Positions 26,728 to 38,767 of a DNA stretch of 64,000 nt are shown piece by piece. The notes beneath the pieces were generated by a model, which saw only the letters and a program-made list of their open reading frames with translations, made no database searches and had not been told where the DNA came from. The position numbers were made by a program, and so were the translations under genes. Source of the DNA: Lepidodermella squamata. Taxonomy: Eukaryota > Animalia > Gastrotricha. The stretch's first letter is position 1, and every line of letters starts with the position of its first letter. The DNA is taken from assembly GCA_047495785.1 (NCBI GenBank), contig JBLDXI010000013.1:3596001-3660000 (forward strand), written 5' to 3'.

Positions 26728-29690
26728 AATTTCGGTCGCGCTGCTGTAACGATAGCCGCTTCTACACACCAATGTAACAGCAACGGCCGGCTCGGTGGTA
26801 GTAGTAGCCGGCAAATCGGCTCATCGATACGCGTGTTAATTTGAGGAAAAAATCACTTTAATAGTAATAATAATAATAATAGCGCCATATCTAATATGAA
26901 TATGAAAAAATGCGCCTTAATAAAAAGATTTAGCGCGCGCGCACTCCGGCTCGCTCCCCCGCCGTCTCACTCCTTCCGATACATTTATATATCAGATCCA
27001 CTTTGATGAATATCGCAAGTAATATATCGTTGTACAGATGTTTTCAACACGATTAACAATACCCGTGTAGAAAATTGGTGCGCTTAATGAATAAATCATT
27101 GGGAAAACAAAAACAACGCCTGAATGCGAAAAATTTGTAGATACAAACAGCATTTAGAAAGACAAAGTCAATGTTTTTCGATGGCAAGGTCTTAAGAGCC
27201 GATCGGCGGCTCACAATTGACAGGATATATTTATCGCTGACCGGCAGTACTTTGCCTTTCTTCGAAACTGATGCATTAATACGAAAACGCAATATAATTC
27301 GGTAGTAGTAGGGTGGCCAGTTAGTGTTGATGTTTCGCGCTAATAATGATAATAATAATAATAATAAGACTGGCAACAAAATGTCTCTGATATATAGCAC
27401 AGAACCGATAAAAAGGAGACTAGGAAATAAGGAAGTCAAGCCGTTTACATATTATAATAGATTGTGCATTAAAGCGAGGGGCCAGTTTTTTCTGCTATCA
27501 TTCGATGATGGGGCGAAAATACATAATATTCCATTAGTTGACAAATATTTGTACGCATGAAGTCTTGCGCGCGGCGAGACATTAATATACGGCTGTTATA
27601 TTATTATGTTAAAATACTTGGAAATGCCAAGATATTGGAAAGACTGACAAAATTTTTCCGTCAACAAATTATACTCACTCTGTGTCATCTTATTAAAGCG
27701 CCACAGTAGGCACATATACGCGCATTCCTATGTTATTAGGAATTAATAAAACAGCCCCTAATATACACAAATCCAATCAGAGCCCTTACCTTCTTATACA
27801 GGTGCAAACAAGTTCGAAGAAAATTACATCAAACTTTTAGCTAAATAAGAAAAATCACTGCAAGTATGTTTGAAGGCGGAAAAAATTCCAATATGCTATT
27901 ATTTGAGGTAGTGTCTGCCAGCAAGTCTACCTGAGTGCTGGTAATGGCTGAAAAAATAAACAATGCGAGGCATGTATCATCACCTAAGCCGTTTTGCTAT
28001 GCGATATATTAGTTTACAACATGATATATTGTGTAATCAAGGAAAAAATGATCCAGACACATGTGTGTAGTATAACAACGTCTAATGAGCCGTTACATCC
28101 ACAGACAAAACAAATTCTATAACATGATCATCAAAATATTTTACTTGTTTGCGATGAAATCTTGAACTAATTCTTCATTATTTATAGGGTTACAGGGACT
28201 ATTTTAGAAGAAACCCAACTTTTATAGGATGGATTTAAGATTTTTCCGTGTTATTTTAGTATATATTGAATGTATCGGAAAAATCGAAAATAAACGCGCG
28301 CCGATTGTTTGCTATTATTACTCACTCACTCCACGGACGGGCGGTGGTGAGAAATGCAATAATAAACTGGTCGTAACAGACTAGAACAATAGAATTTGCC
28401 TTGCGCTGGTAATAGAATCAATTAACAAATGAATTATTATTACGGCGATCCGTAACATCGGCGAAAAAAATTTGTTTTTTATTTTATTAGTGATTTTGCA
28501 ATGAGATGCTTAATGATAACAGTAAACAGGCGAAGGTGCGGTAAAAATATACGCGAAATTATGTTAACGCAATGAACGCCGCAGGTACTTGAGCCGTAAA
28601 CAACCGGTACAGGCTCGCGCTAAATTGAGCCTAACAATATGTAGATGCAGCGAAGCGAATCGGTAGCGCTTTGGCCATTCACAAGAATGGCGATGTTGAA
28701 AAAATAACCTGAATTGCCACCGGGTTTTTGTTGCGCCGTCTCGTCGTCGATTTTCTCGCGAAGGTGGGGCGAAAAAAATCGATGTATTATTGCATGCGCC
28801 AGCGATGTGAGCGTAATTTGGTTTGTTTATTCGCGCGTGACGCGTGTATCACCACCATTGCTGGGCGGCATTATTAACTTACGCGCATAGACTTTGCCGC
28901 TATTAAGGTGGGTGCGCACGAGCGCGAATTGTTTAAGCGCAAATATTGTGAGCAATTTTTATTATAGTCAGGTTTATTTTCATATACGTTTCTCTACACG
29001 TGATGCGACTAGGAAGCCAAACACCAGCAGCCGGCCGCGCGCACGCGCATTGTCACTTGGTCAAATCTTAATTGGCCAAACTTGAGCGACAAAAAATATA
29101 TCTGGCTCTGTTTATATAACCTTCTGATAGCGCTTTTTCCGCATAGACAATATTGCGAAATAGCCATGGTGACAGTAGCACTTTTATGGTACACGAACAC
29201 AGCGAAAAATTATTTTTTTCGCCAACGACCACCAAAATAAAAGATAATAAAAACTGAGGTTAATTATTTCCATTCCAAATATACCGGTCAGCAATCGGAA
29301 ATCAATCACTCAATACTGCTATGTTTTTCTGTCACGAAAATAATCTAATCAAAGGTTCGCTAGAATTCGAAAGCTCTGTTGAAGTTTCGACAAAAACTCA
29401 TCACATTCGAAGCCGAGATTTTACCGGAAACTTCATCGAATAGTAATCAATTACGTCTCTTGTGAATGGGAGGAAAAAGTCGAAGAAATTTGATCCAACC
29501 AGGTAAAAACCGAAAATTACCGAACCAGTGACCATCAGGGTTTTCACAAGTAAATTTTCAATTTCTTCGGTAACATCGTGGATAAAGATTGGAAGATTCT
29601 GAACTTGATTTCTAAAAAAAGTTAAAATTCCTAAAAAAATCTCAAAATTTACAAATGGCTGCGGAACTTATGGGACATTATTTTGTTCTA

Positions 29691-29852
29691 CAGGGTGGCC
29701 AAAAAAGCCGGAAAAGGGAACTTGATGCGCATTATTATAAATGAGTTTTAGGAAATAGATGAATTGCTAGCATTCTTTTGCTAATGAAACTCTTCAATTT
29801 CTAGAAAATCCTCATCAAATTCGCCTCCTGCGGCTTTTTTTTGGCCACCCTG
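29691..29852. mobile_element. 162-bp MITE, Tc1/mariner type
   Basis: Terminal inverted repeats CAGGGTGGCCAAAAAAGCCG / CGGCTTTTTTTTGGCCACCCTG, flanked by TA on both sides (29689-29690, 29853-29854). Confidence 0.85.
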
Positions 29853-29984
29853 TATCTTTGCAAAAATTCGAAAGAACAAAAAAACAATAAGTTTCGAGCG
29901 CCCTCTAAACAGTGCTATTTATTTAATTTTTCCAACTCAATGTTAAAATAGAAAATCGTAGCTGAAATTGCATGACGACAAATA

Positions 29985-32447
29985 TTATAATTTATTGACC
30001 TCGCAGACATTTGAGTCTGGGGTCAAGTGGCAGGCATTCAGTGAAACACGGTTAAAAGCACCTTTCCTCGAAGATCCGATAATTATGCTGTAAATGCCAA
30101 TCGGAGGGCACTCAATTACCAGTTGTATCGATTCAGATTGACGTAGTAGAACTGCGTCAAATTCTGCGTACTTGAGGGAGTCACCGTCTGAAATGTTCTT
30201 CATTCCGTAATGAATGAGTAAATCTACTTCCATGAGGCCACTGTCCTCCTCCTCGTCATCATCCTCTTCTTCCTCGTTTTCATCTGCATCTTCCTCGTCA
30301 CAATCATCATCACAATCAGTGTCGTCATCTTCGTCATTCACCACAATTTCGCCATTATCAATTTTGGTCGCAGGTAACCTCAGGGAAAGGATTAATTTAG
30401 ACGGAGCAGGTTTTCCGGGCTTTTGCTTAACTTCGTAGATGAATTGGTAGATATCATTCGAATTTCCTTGAAGGTTTTCTTGGGTATAGCAGTTGGGTAG
30501 TGGGATCAATCCATCAGGATTCTCGTCATAACCATCCGACAGGTCGCATGTCGTGCCATTAATGGTAACTCCGACTTTTCCGAAGGCTACCGTGATATCT
30601 TCCACTTTTTTAGATGGCATTGATAGCCTGTTGGCGTAGGTGAGGATTCCGCAGAGGCCGTCAGCCATTTTAAAGAACTCCCCCCACTGAAACCTATTAG
30701 CGCCATAAAATAATTGATAGGCCTTGTAGATATCCCATCCTCGAGTTTGGGACAGCAAGAAGAAAGCGTGGTTGTAAATCCCGCTGCAGACGTGTACGTC
30801 CATGTTCGGCCTGTACTCGCTGTATTTCTTTATCTGCTGAGCGTCTGACGTCGGCTTTTTGAGATTCCGAACAAGATTACGGCTCGCAGCGTTTTGAACC
30901 TTCTGCGCGTCGATGTCGAACAGCCAATCTGTTGATCCTCGAACGCAAGCTCGAACCATCATTGCAGTGATGTCGCTGAAAGCTGCATTTGATCATCAAA
31001 TTTAATAGCGATTAATTCCTTTTACCAACCTTCATTGATGCAGCCAATTTCGCCGGAGTAGTAGAGCCCTGAAAAGCGAGCTGTCAAAGCGTGCCCGATT
31101 TCGTGTGAAACAGAGTCGATGCTCGAGCAGGAAGGATATTCGTTCGATACATCTCCGTTGCCTTGTTGAAAAATGTCTTTCAACTCTGCAGAACCGCAGT
31201 GTTCTGGTACTCACCGAAAAATACGCCGTTCTCGTTCCAGAATGCCGTAGCTTTCATCCGACCGTAATTTATGTGAACTCGCAGAGGTTTACCATTCGTG
31301 ATGAAACCAAAGTCATACAACTGAACTGTAGAGAGAATTGTAGAGCGAAATGCTACGACGAGGGTTGATCTTACCATGTTTCGCCAAACATTTTTGCGTT
31401 TGAATAGCGTAATCCATACAGTCAGCTGCGATACCATAACCGCCATTCACCTTATGGTAATTTCCAATTAAAAAATGAGCTACTGGTATCGCTGAAGTAC
31501 CTCGTCTTCTATCAAAGTACCACACGGGTACGCCAGAGCTTCAGCCTCATTCGATATCGATGTATTTCCTTTCATGTCGTAGATGGCGAAAAATCCTTTC
31601 GATTGTTCGACGACGCATTCATCCAGCTGAGTAACTCTATCTGTAAGATCGAGACTCACTTTACGCTTGCCGATTCTCCTATTGCCACCCGTAGCCTCGA
31701 CGGCATAAGTCGAGGTTGGGCTTAACAGGACGATAGTATCGTTGAGTATGTCGTACATGCATACTAAATCAATTTAGGATAACATTGTGCGAATAGGGAA
31801 TATCGGAAGTTTAACAATATCTCTGAGCTTCATCTAGATTGTTGATAATGTTGAACCCATCATACATGGTCATGGTATGGCTATTAAAATCGTAGAACAA
31901 AAATCGCGCTGAACGGGTATTGATTTCGACCCCATCTCCCTAAGTAATTTCACTGATTAACAGGTAGCCATGAGAACCTGTATGTAACCTCCTTGAAGTT
32001 GAATTGTTCATCAAGACTTTTCATACACGCCGCATAACCTGTTTGATTGGCGATCTTCTCGCCGGGTCCAATCACTTGTCTGGCCATCTTATCGAACCGA
32101 GGAATATCGTCCAGTATTTGACCGCTCAATGCGTACTGGATGGCTTCAGTTTCGTCCTCGGTAAAAGTGAAATCGTAGCCGGTTAACTGATAGCCGCTGA
32201 TGTGGAGAAGGAATGTGAGAAGGCGGCGACCATCTGGTAGCTCCTCTTCGTCGAATAAAGTCAGATTCTGATTCGGTGATAAGCTCAGCAGCTGCTCGAT
32301 TGATGGCCTTTCAGCCAGGTCATCCTTTTGCAAAACTGTGACATTGAACCGATTGGATTGATTGTACAAGCGGGGCTCCTTGGCAAGGGCGAAGTTGCCA
32401 ATAAGAACAATAAGAATTATGCAAGCTTTAAATGACGTGAACAGCAT
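29985..32447 (-). CDS. Second M4 metalloprotease paralogue (inverted), 7 exons, same intron positions
   Basis: GNGDVSNEYPSCSSIDSVSHEIGHALTARFSGLYYSGEIGCINE|AFSD and DVHVCSGIYNHAF are intact; aligns with 16190-18643 over its full length. Confidence 0.93.
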
Positions 32448-33461
32448 TGTTCAATTCACTGCTAAAATTCTAGAATCTGGCTAGCCCTATTTCATGTTAG
32501 TCTGTTTCAACATTTCATGCCATTGTTATGATAACAATAGGCCTTTACTACTAGAGTGATAAAATGTGTTTGTTTTGATTTTAATTACACCTCAATCGTG
32601 AGATTGAACTGGCTGACGCGAGGGCATAAGCTGTGGGGGAAGGCAAATTAGTTGAGGCGTTTTTTCATGCCTCTACTGGTTTTCCGACCTCTGGCACAAC
32701 TAAACCTAGTTTTCCTAGTGTAGCCTTCCTTCCTCTATAAATAAAAAGATTGGGTTGTTACATAGGTACTTCATCTGGTTGATATTTAGGAATTACAACA
32801 AATCTCCACCGAAAATCAACAATGAATTTTCGCTGAAACCGCATTCAGGCCTCTATAATGAAGGGGAATACTGATGAGCAATGCCTCAGAAACTGCCTGC
32901 ATGCTGCATGAGACGAGAAAAAGACGTCTGCCGTTGAAATGCCGTTTCAGCAACTTCATTGCGATCATTGTACATACACAGCACTGATCATAGTGATCGT
33001 AATTTGCATTTACGTTCAATGGTCGAACAATCCAAGAAAAATCTATAAATGTTGAAGTGGTTTTTTTTGGCGCGTCGCTTGGTTGTTTTGGAACGATATG
33101 GAAAGTAGATTTCTTGAAGTTCGGGGCTGGTTCGTGAACATCCATTCAAATGACCTTTAAACAGCCTCTTTATTCAATTCTGCTAGCCGTCCATGATTTC
33201 CATGCCTATATGCAAAGCTCCGATACATAACAACAATAATCTCTGACGACTCATTTATAATCAGTGATCATGCATTATTAAGAAAGGAGGGCTGCATGTT
33301 AAATCAATCTGGCCTATTTCGGTCGCTAAATTGCACAGATTTAGCGGAATCGTTAAATAAACTATCGTCAAGTTCCTTAGTAGATAATCGATCTGCAGCT
33401 TGGAAACCGAGCACTTTTGCAAAACTCAGTCAGAAATCATTGCAGAAACATTCTGTTAACG

Positions 33462-34927
33462 ATGCTCGTTCTCAGAAATTCGGTATTGCTGGTCGCAATT
33501 ATCAGTGGCTTTGCGGGTGCGGCAGTTCCGACAACTACCGCATTAGCCCCGAAGCAGCAGAAGATCATGCAACTCATAATGAGTGAATGTGATCTTTTAG
33601 CTGATTCATTCGGAAGTCTGCTCGAGGAGGAATCAAACGCAAGTATCCCCGCATCGGCTACATTCCACTTGGACCGATTACTCAATGTTGATGACAATAA
33701 CGAATTCGTTGAGGTTATCGGTTCTTTCACCCTCTCCCTTCAATTTGATTGTGTAGCTGATGCTGCAGTGAAATATCGTGATCGCTTGCCGAAAAAATCA
33801 TTTTGGACGCTTACGAACACTCAAGACTACTGGCAGCCACCAATTAGCCATCTAAATAGCAGAGATGACTTCGGTATGAAGAATATCAAATCACGATACA
33901 TCACTGTTCAACCTGACTCGGGTTAGTAAACTATTTTTGAAATCAAGAGGCTATTGCTTTGTTACATTGTTTTCCATCAAGGAGTGGTCAACTTCACATT
34001 TGGTGGCTTGTTTAAGCCAGCGACTCATTTCGATTACGCAGCGTAAGTTTCGAGAGTGCAAGATACTTAAAATACTAATTTTGTTTTGTTCAGGTTTCCA
34101 TTCGATAGACAGGTATAAAAGAATATTTTTCCTTTGTGATTTTGTGTTTGAAACGTTTCATTTTTCCACGTAGACCTGGTCATGGGAAATGGGGTAAAGA
34201 GGCTTTGACGTGCCTTATAAAGCTTTGCAAACATTCATTTTCAGCCTCCAATTATCTCCTGGCTCTATCTCCATTTACCATACGACTTATACCTTCTCGA
34301 ACGGCGAGAGCAAGTTCGTTGATGACAATTTAGGATGGGAGCCCCTCTCGAAGAAGACCAAGGTCCGATATGAGATTACAGGCTCTGAAGCTAGAACCTT
34401 TCACGAGATGGAAATTTCCTTTGTCATAAAACGATATCCAATATATTTCGTCCGAAATACCATCCTAGTCTGCATAGTGCTCACATTTGCTGAGATGGCA
34501 ACTTTTGCGATCCCACCCGAGGCACTTATAAGAAATGAGTAAGAATTTTGACTTGAAGATTGAATTTCGCTTGATTCTAATTCTATGACCTAGCTACGCA
34601 ATGATCATTTTATTGGCGATTTATTTCCTTGAGTTGCACATAAATTCGTTCATACCGAAGACCCCAGCAAAAGTCAACATCAAAGACATATGCATGAGTG
34701 AACTACTCTCTTGCCTTTTCGTCTTCGGCTACTGCACCATCTTGTCTAGTTTCATGGCGTCGAACAGAGAATTGGCCGAACGCAAGGTTCATTTCTTTAA
34801 CAAGAAATTTTCGATACGATATTGCCGGATCGCTGATATCATCGCATGTGGCCTTTTCATGCTTATTATGGTTCAGCTACGAGTCGTTCTGCTCTTCACT
34901 GCGGTTGCCGACTACTACAAGGAGTGA
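33462..34927 (+). CDS. Divergent pentameric ligand-gated ion channel subunit lacking both Cys-loop cysteines; 6 exons
   Basis: Exons 33462-33921, 33982-34042, 34094-34112, 34174-34193, 34245-34538, 34594-34927. Signal peptide; 'RLLNVDDNNE', 'YWQPPI..LN', loop 7 'THFDYAAFPFDRQTW', pre-M1 'IKRYPIYF', four TM helices, 'IPKTP' M2-M3 linker. Confidence 0.85.
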
Positions 34928-35304
34928 GGAAAAACACGTGAACGAATTATCCGGAAAGAAAATACCATGATCTTGCTACTTCGAAAATCATCAGCGTGAA
35001 AATGAGTTAAGCTTAAAGTAACTTTTATAGAGCGCAGAAAGCAATATTTTTGATTGTCAAATTAAACACACCTTGTCCATCTGGGTGAGGAATGTGACGG
35101 TTACTTTCGCAAGACAACAGCATGAAAGGTTTCTTCAACTTTGTATACAGACATTGATTTATCAAAGATGAGTAAAAACATAGGGATTAATGCATTGATA
35201 ATGTTTATTTCATCTTCTTCCTGAGTAATACTCAGAATTAAAGGTTTTGTCTGATTAAACTTAGATCAACCCAGCACCGCTTGTCCGTACTAGTTTCGTG
35301 CCAT

Positions 35305-36617
35305 TTAGGCCTTAGTGTAAGGATTGATGCAGCCATTAGGTTGGCCAATCTTCGTTCCATCCATATTACCAGCAGGACCGTAGTTGCAAACCTTAAATGT
35401 TATATCGTGGATATGCACTCACGCAAAATGAATCATTCGCATACCTGGACGAACTTATATTTCTTGGTCGGGCAGTAAGCCATGGCACAGCTACGAATTC
35501 GAATATGAAACTTTCAATTCGATTTTCCAATAGTCACTTACCCGACAAAACGGCTCCTTTCAGCGACGACTAAGTGAAATTATTTCAATAGATTATCGAC
35601 TGTCCTCATTAAAACTTCAAAAAATCATACCCTGAGTGTAATGTCCGACATCACCAGTAGCGCCAGACTTTTTACCCTTGCCGAATTCGAAATCCTTCTG
35701 TTCCTCAGCCTATCATTATTGGATAAAATGTCAACTAGCGATGAGATAAAATCCTTGATACTTACCCAGGCGTCGATGCAGTTGGACCAGGTACGGTTGT
35801 AGTCGGCGAAGCAGACGTTCTGTCCGGCGTCGTAGTACTCGCCAGGGGTGGCACGAAAAGTCTTCAGAGAGCGATCGTCACCCTTGTCGTGAGGCTGAGC
35901 GGAATCAGGACACTGGGCAGCCCAGCTGTAGTTCAAGTATATGGGGATCGAAATTTGTATGCTTATACATGGAACAAATATCCTACCGTTCCGCTAGAAT
36001 GGCGAGCTCGGGATCCCACTCGAGCTTGCCGAGGTTCTTGGCCGGGGGGTCGGTGATACCTGGGTTTTATGTTATAATCAACAACGGCATAACACGTCAT
36101 CAACTCACCACGCCAGCAGTTGTGGCGATCGACAATCTCCTTCATAGAGACGCCATACAAAGCCTCAGCCTTGTCAGACAGGCAGCGAGTAGTAGGGCCA
36201 GTAATTGATCCCGAGCATTGAGACTGTCAGGCAAAAGATGCTCAAATTAAAACTCAGATGTCGGCTGTGAATGCCGCCTTAGACTTACGCCCCTGGCAGG
36301 AGAGGTGAAAGGAGCGGTCGGGGTGAGCTCAGCACCGCACTTCGACACAGGGCATGTGAACTGGGGTTTGGACCATTCGCCATCTCCGACTTTAGTGATC
36401 TTGCTTTCGCCGATAGCGTCACCCTTGTAGCAGCAGTATTTAGCCCACTGAGTTTTCACTCCTCCGGAAGACGACCAGCCGGAAGAGCAGGCATAGGCAC
36501 CTATATGGTGTAAGGTAAGGTTTTTTACCCGAAAGAGAAACATAGCTTACCAGAGATGGCAGGCTGAGCCTGAGCGGCAGCGACGAGGCACGCAGCAACA
36601 ACTAAGATAAAAGCCAT
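35305..36617 (-). CDS. CAP/SCP/TAPS (CRISP / venom-allergen-like) secreted protein, copy A, ~9 exons
   Basis: Signal MAFILVVAACLVAAAQAQ; Cys-rich N-extension; HNCWR...WDPELA, WAAQC, GQNV, GHYTQVV, VGCAMAYC, VCNYGPAGN. Confidence 0.9.
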
Positions 36618-37008
36618 GATTTATGGTGAAATAATTATCTGAGGAATCAAGCGAGCAATCCGCTTGTTAAATGGACCACTTAGTTTAATCAGCTGCAAAT
36701 TTCCAGAAAATGTTCTCAGGGCTCAACAAACTCCGCTAAGCCAACAACCTCTTCATCGAAGACTTCTTCGCAACGACAAAAAACGGCAGACTTTGTGAAG
36801 CAGATGTAAACAGCTGAAAAAACTGTTGAAAAATGTATTAAATGCTTAAAGGGCGGAGAGCGGATCTAGGGACCAAATTTCAGGATTTAACCTTAACAAT
36901 TTCTTCGCATTTTTCAGGCAACCAAAATCAAGGTGAAAAATAGACTTATCAGATTGAAATTCGGCAGTACTAATACACTAGTAACAAACAGGTTAAACGA
37001 GATGAGTT

Positions 37009-37385
37009 TCAAAAATGTAACCAGGCACTACCAGTGGGTAACCACCGACGATTGCCGTAGCCGAAGCCGAAGCCACCGTAACCGAAGACGCCGTAGCCGT
37101 AACCAGGATAGCCGAGTCCAAAGCCACATTGGTGTTTTTCTTTCGGAGTTTCGACATCGGATGGTCACGACGCTTGCGGCCGATGAAACCTGGGTAACCG
37201 CTACAAATTACGGGAGCGAAGTACCGCTGTAGGGTATGGTAGGGATCATCCCTACCAGTTCAATCGGTACCCACAGCCAACTCAATCAACGGCCAAACGG
37301 GGACCTTTACCTTATCCTTACCAGTTCTGCGGTCCTACTTCGCTCTCTGGCCTTAACCAAGGCCGCCGTAACCGAGGCCAGCTAT
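37009..37385 (-). pseudogene. Degenerate 3' fragment of the Gly/Tyr-rich peptide precursor (paralogue of 40508-41303)
   Basis: Aligns to 40508-40710 ([11 protein letters not shown]...) with indels, KR>KH and W>C changes, an internal insertion, and no signal-peptide exon. Confidence 0.85.
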
Positions 37386-37499
37386 AAACACGATAAATCA
37401 AACGAGGGTAGTTTGGGACAGAATCTCCAATTTATGAATCCAATTGAAATGCTCCGCCAGAAAACAGCCCACATATTGACACATATACACGACCGATGA

Positions 37500-38000
37500 A
37501 GTCGAAATGAGCGAGTGTAATCGGGGCAACACCTACGCTCAATCCTCTGTGAACGCTTCTTTAACGAGTTCGGCGAGCACAAGGGCCGGGGCATCGAGCT
37601 CTGTAAAGATGTTTCCTCGTGTAACGAGTAACTAGTAACGGTTGACGAGCAAGGCAGTACTATCGACAATCGACTTCACCACTGTCCTCAAGATGCGCGC
37701 AGATGCATGCTCCAACCTAGCGAACCCAGGACGCAGCACCTAAGGAACCCGTTGTCGCCACTGCGATAGCTAGACTGAAAACCTTCCCTTCATCCTCGGA
37801 CACTAATGAGGCTAATAAGGAACGCGCGTCACCACCGCATCGCCTATCAATCATCAACCATCGCCGTCGCCGTGGTTAAACAGGGTTACAAAGTCCACGA
37901 GGATAGAACTGGCATGTGTCACAGACGAAGGCCAGCCGAAAAGAGTGGACATCCTCGCATACTCGCCAACCAATCGGCAAGTTGGATCACCGATATATGG
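37500..38000 (+). mobile_element. Degenerate 3' fragment of an REL-endonuclease (R2/NeSL-like) non-LTR retrotransposon
   Basis: Across stops and frameshifts, in the expected order: KGRGIELCKDVSSCNE*L; DFTTVLKMRAD...CRHCDS*TENLPFILGH (CCHC knuckle remnant); RNARHHRI; KQGYKVHED; KRVDILAY...WITD. Confidence 0.7.
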
Positions 38001-38186
38001 CAAGGAACCGCCGATGACTATTGGCATTTTTTCAAGTAACTGAATATATATTATTTGAAACTTCCACCAGGAAGCTTTATTGTATGCAATAAATTTACGC
38101 AAAATTGTTGCTTGTGTTCTCTCGTGGTGGATAGGGCCCACGTAAGAAAAGTGCCTAGGGGCCCTTGAAAGCTTACAACGGCCCTG

Positions 38187-38320
38187 ACTTCACATTTCGC
38201 TTTTGGTGGGCTATTTAAGCCAGCGACTCATTTCGATTACGCAGCGCAAGTCTCGAGAGTGCTAACACTAACACTTTAATTCATTTTGTAACAGATTTCC
38301 TTTCGATAGACAGGTAAGAT
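38187..38320 (+). pseudogene. Relic of the Cys-less channel gene (exon 2, intron and FPFDRQ micro-exon)
   Basis: tttaagccagcgactcatttcgattacgcagc matches 34011-34042; donor GT>GC; small insertion; tttcctttcgatagacag|gtaag follows. Confidence 0.85.
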
Positions 38321-38767
38321 AATCTCTTCTTCTTCATTTCGCGTTTTTCGTGAGTGAGGTAAAGCACTTGAACGAACTATTTGGAAGCGAATATGACTTT
38401 GCTGTTATGCTATGCAAAATTATCATAGAACAACTTTGAAATTAGCTCCAGCTTTTATCAGTTTTATAGCATTAATTGTTATTGTATTGAATATTGAACG
38501 CATCTCGCCCATCTTGGTGCGAGATGTTGTAGTTACCTTTGCAGGCCTTATAAACATACGGTTCCTTCATCCGTATGTTAATTGCTTGATCAAGGAGAAG
38601 TAAAAATAAAAATCTTGGAGGAGTAGAGAATAGGGATTATTCCTCCAAGAATGTAATGCATGAGTAATGTTTATTTCATCTTCCTGATTAATACTCAAAA
38701 TTAAAGGTTTTGTCTGATTACTCTCTAATCAACCCAGCACCACTTGTCCTTATTAGTTTCGCGCCGT

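Noticed and set aside
32816-33145. 109-aa minus-strand ORF
   Set aside because: No motif, signal peptide or splice support.
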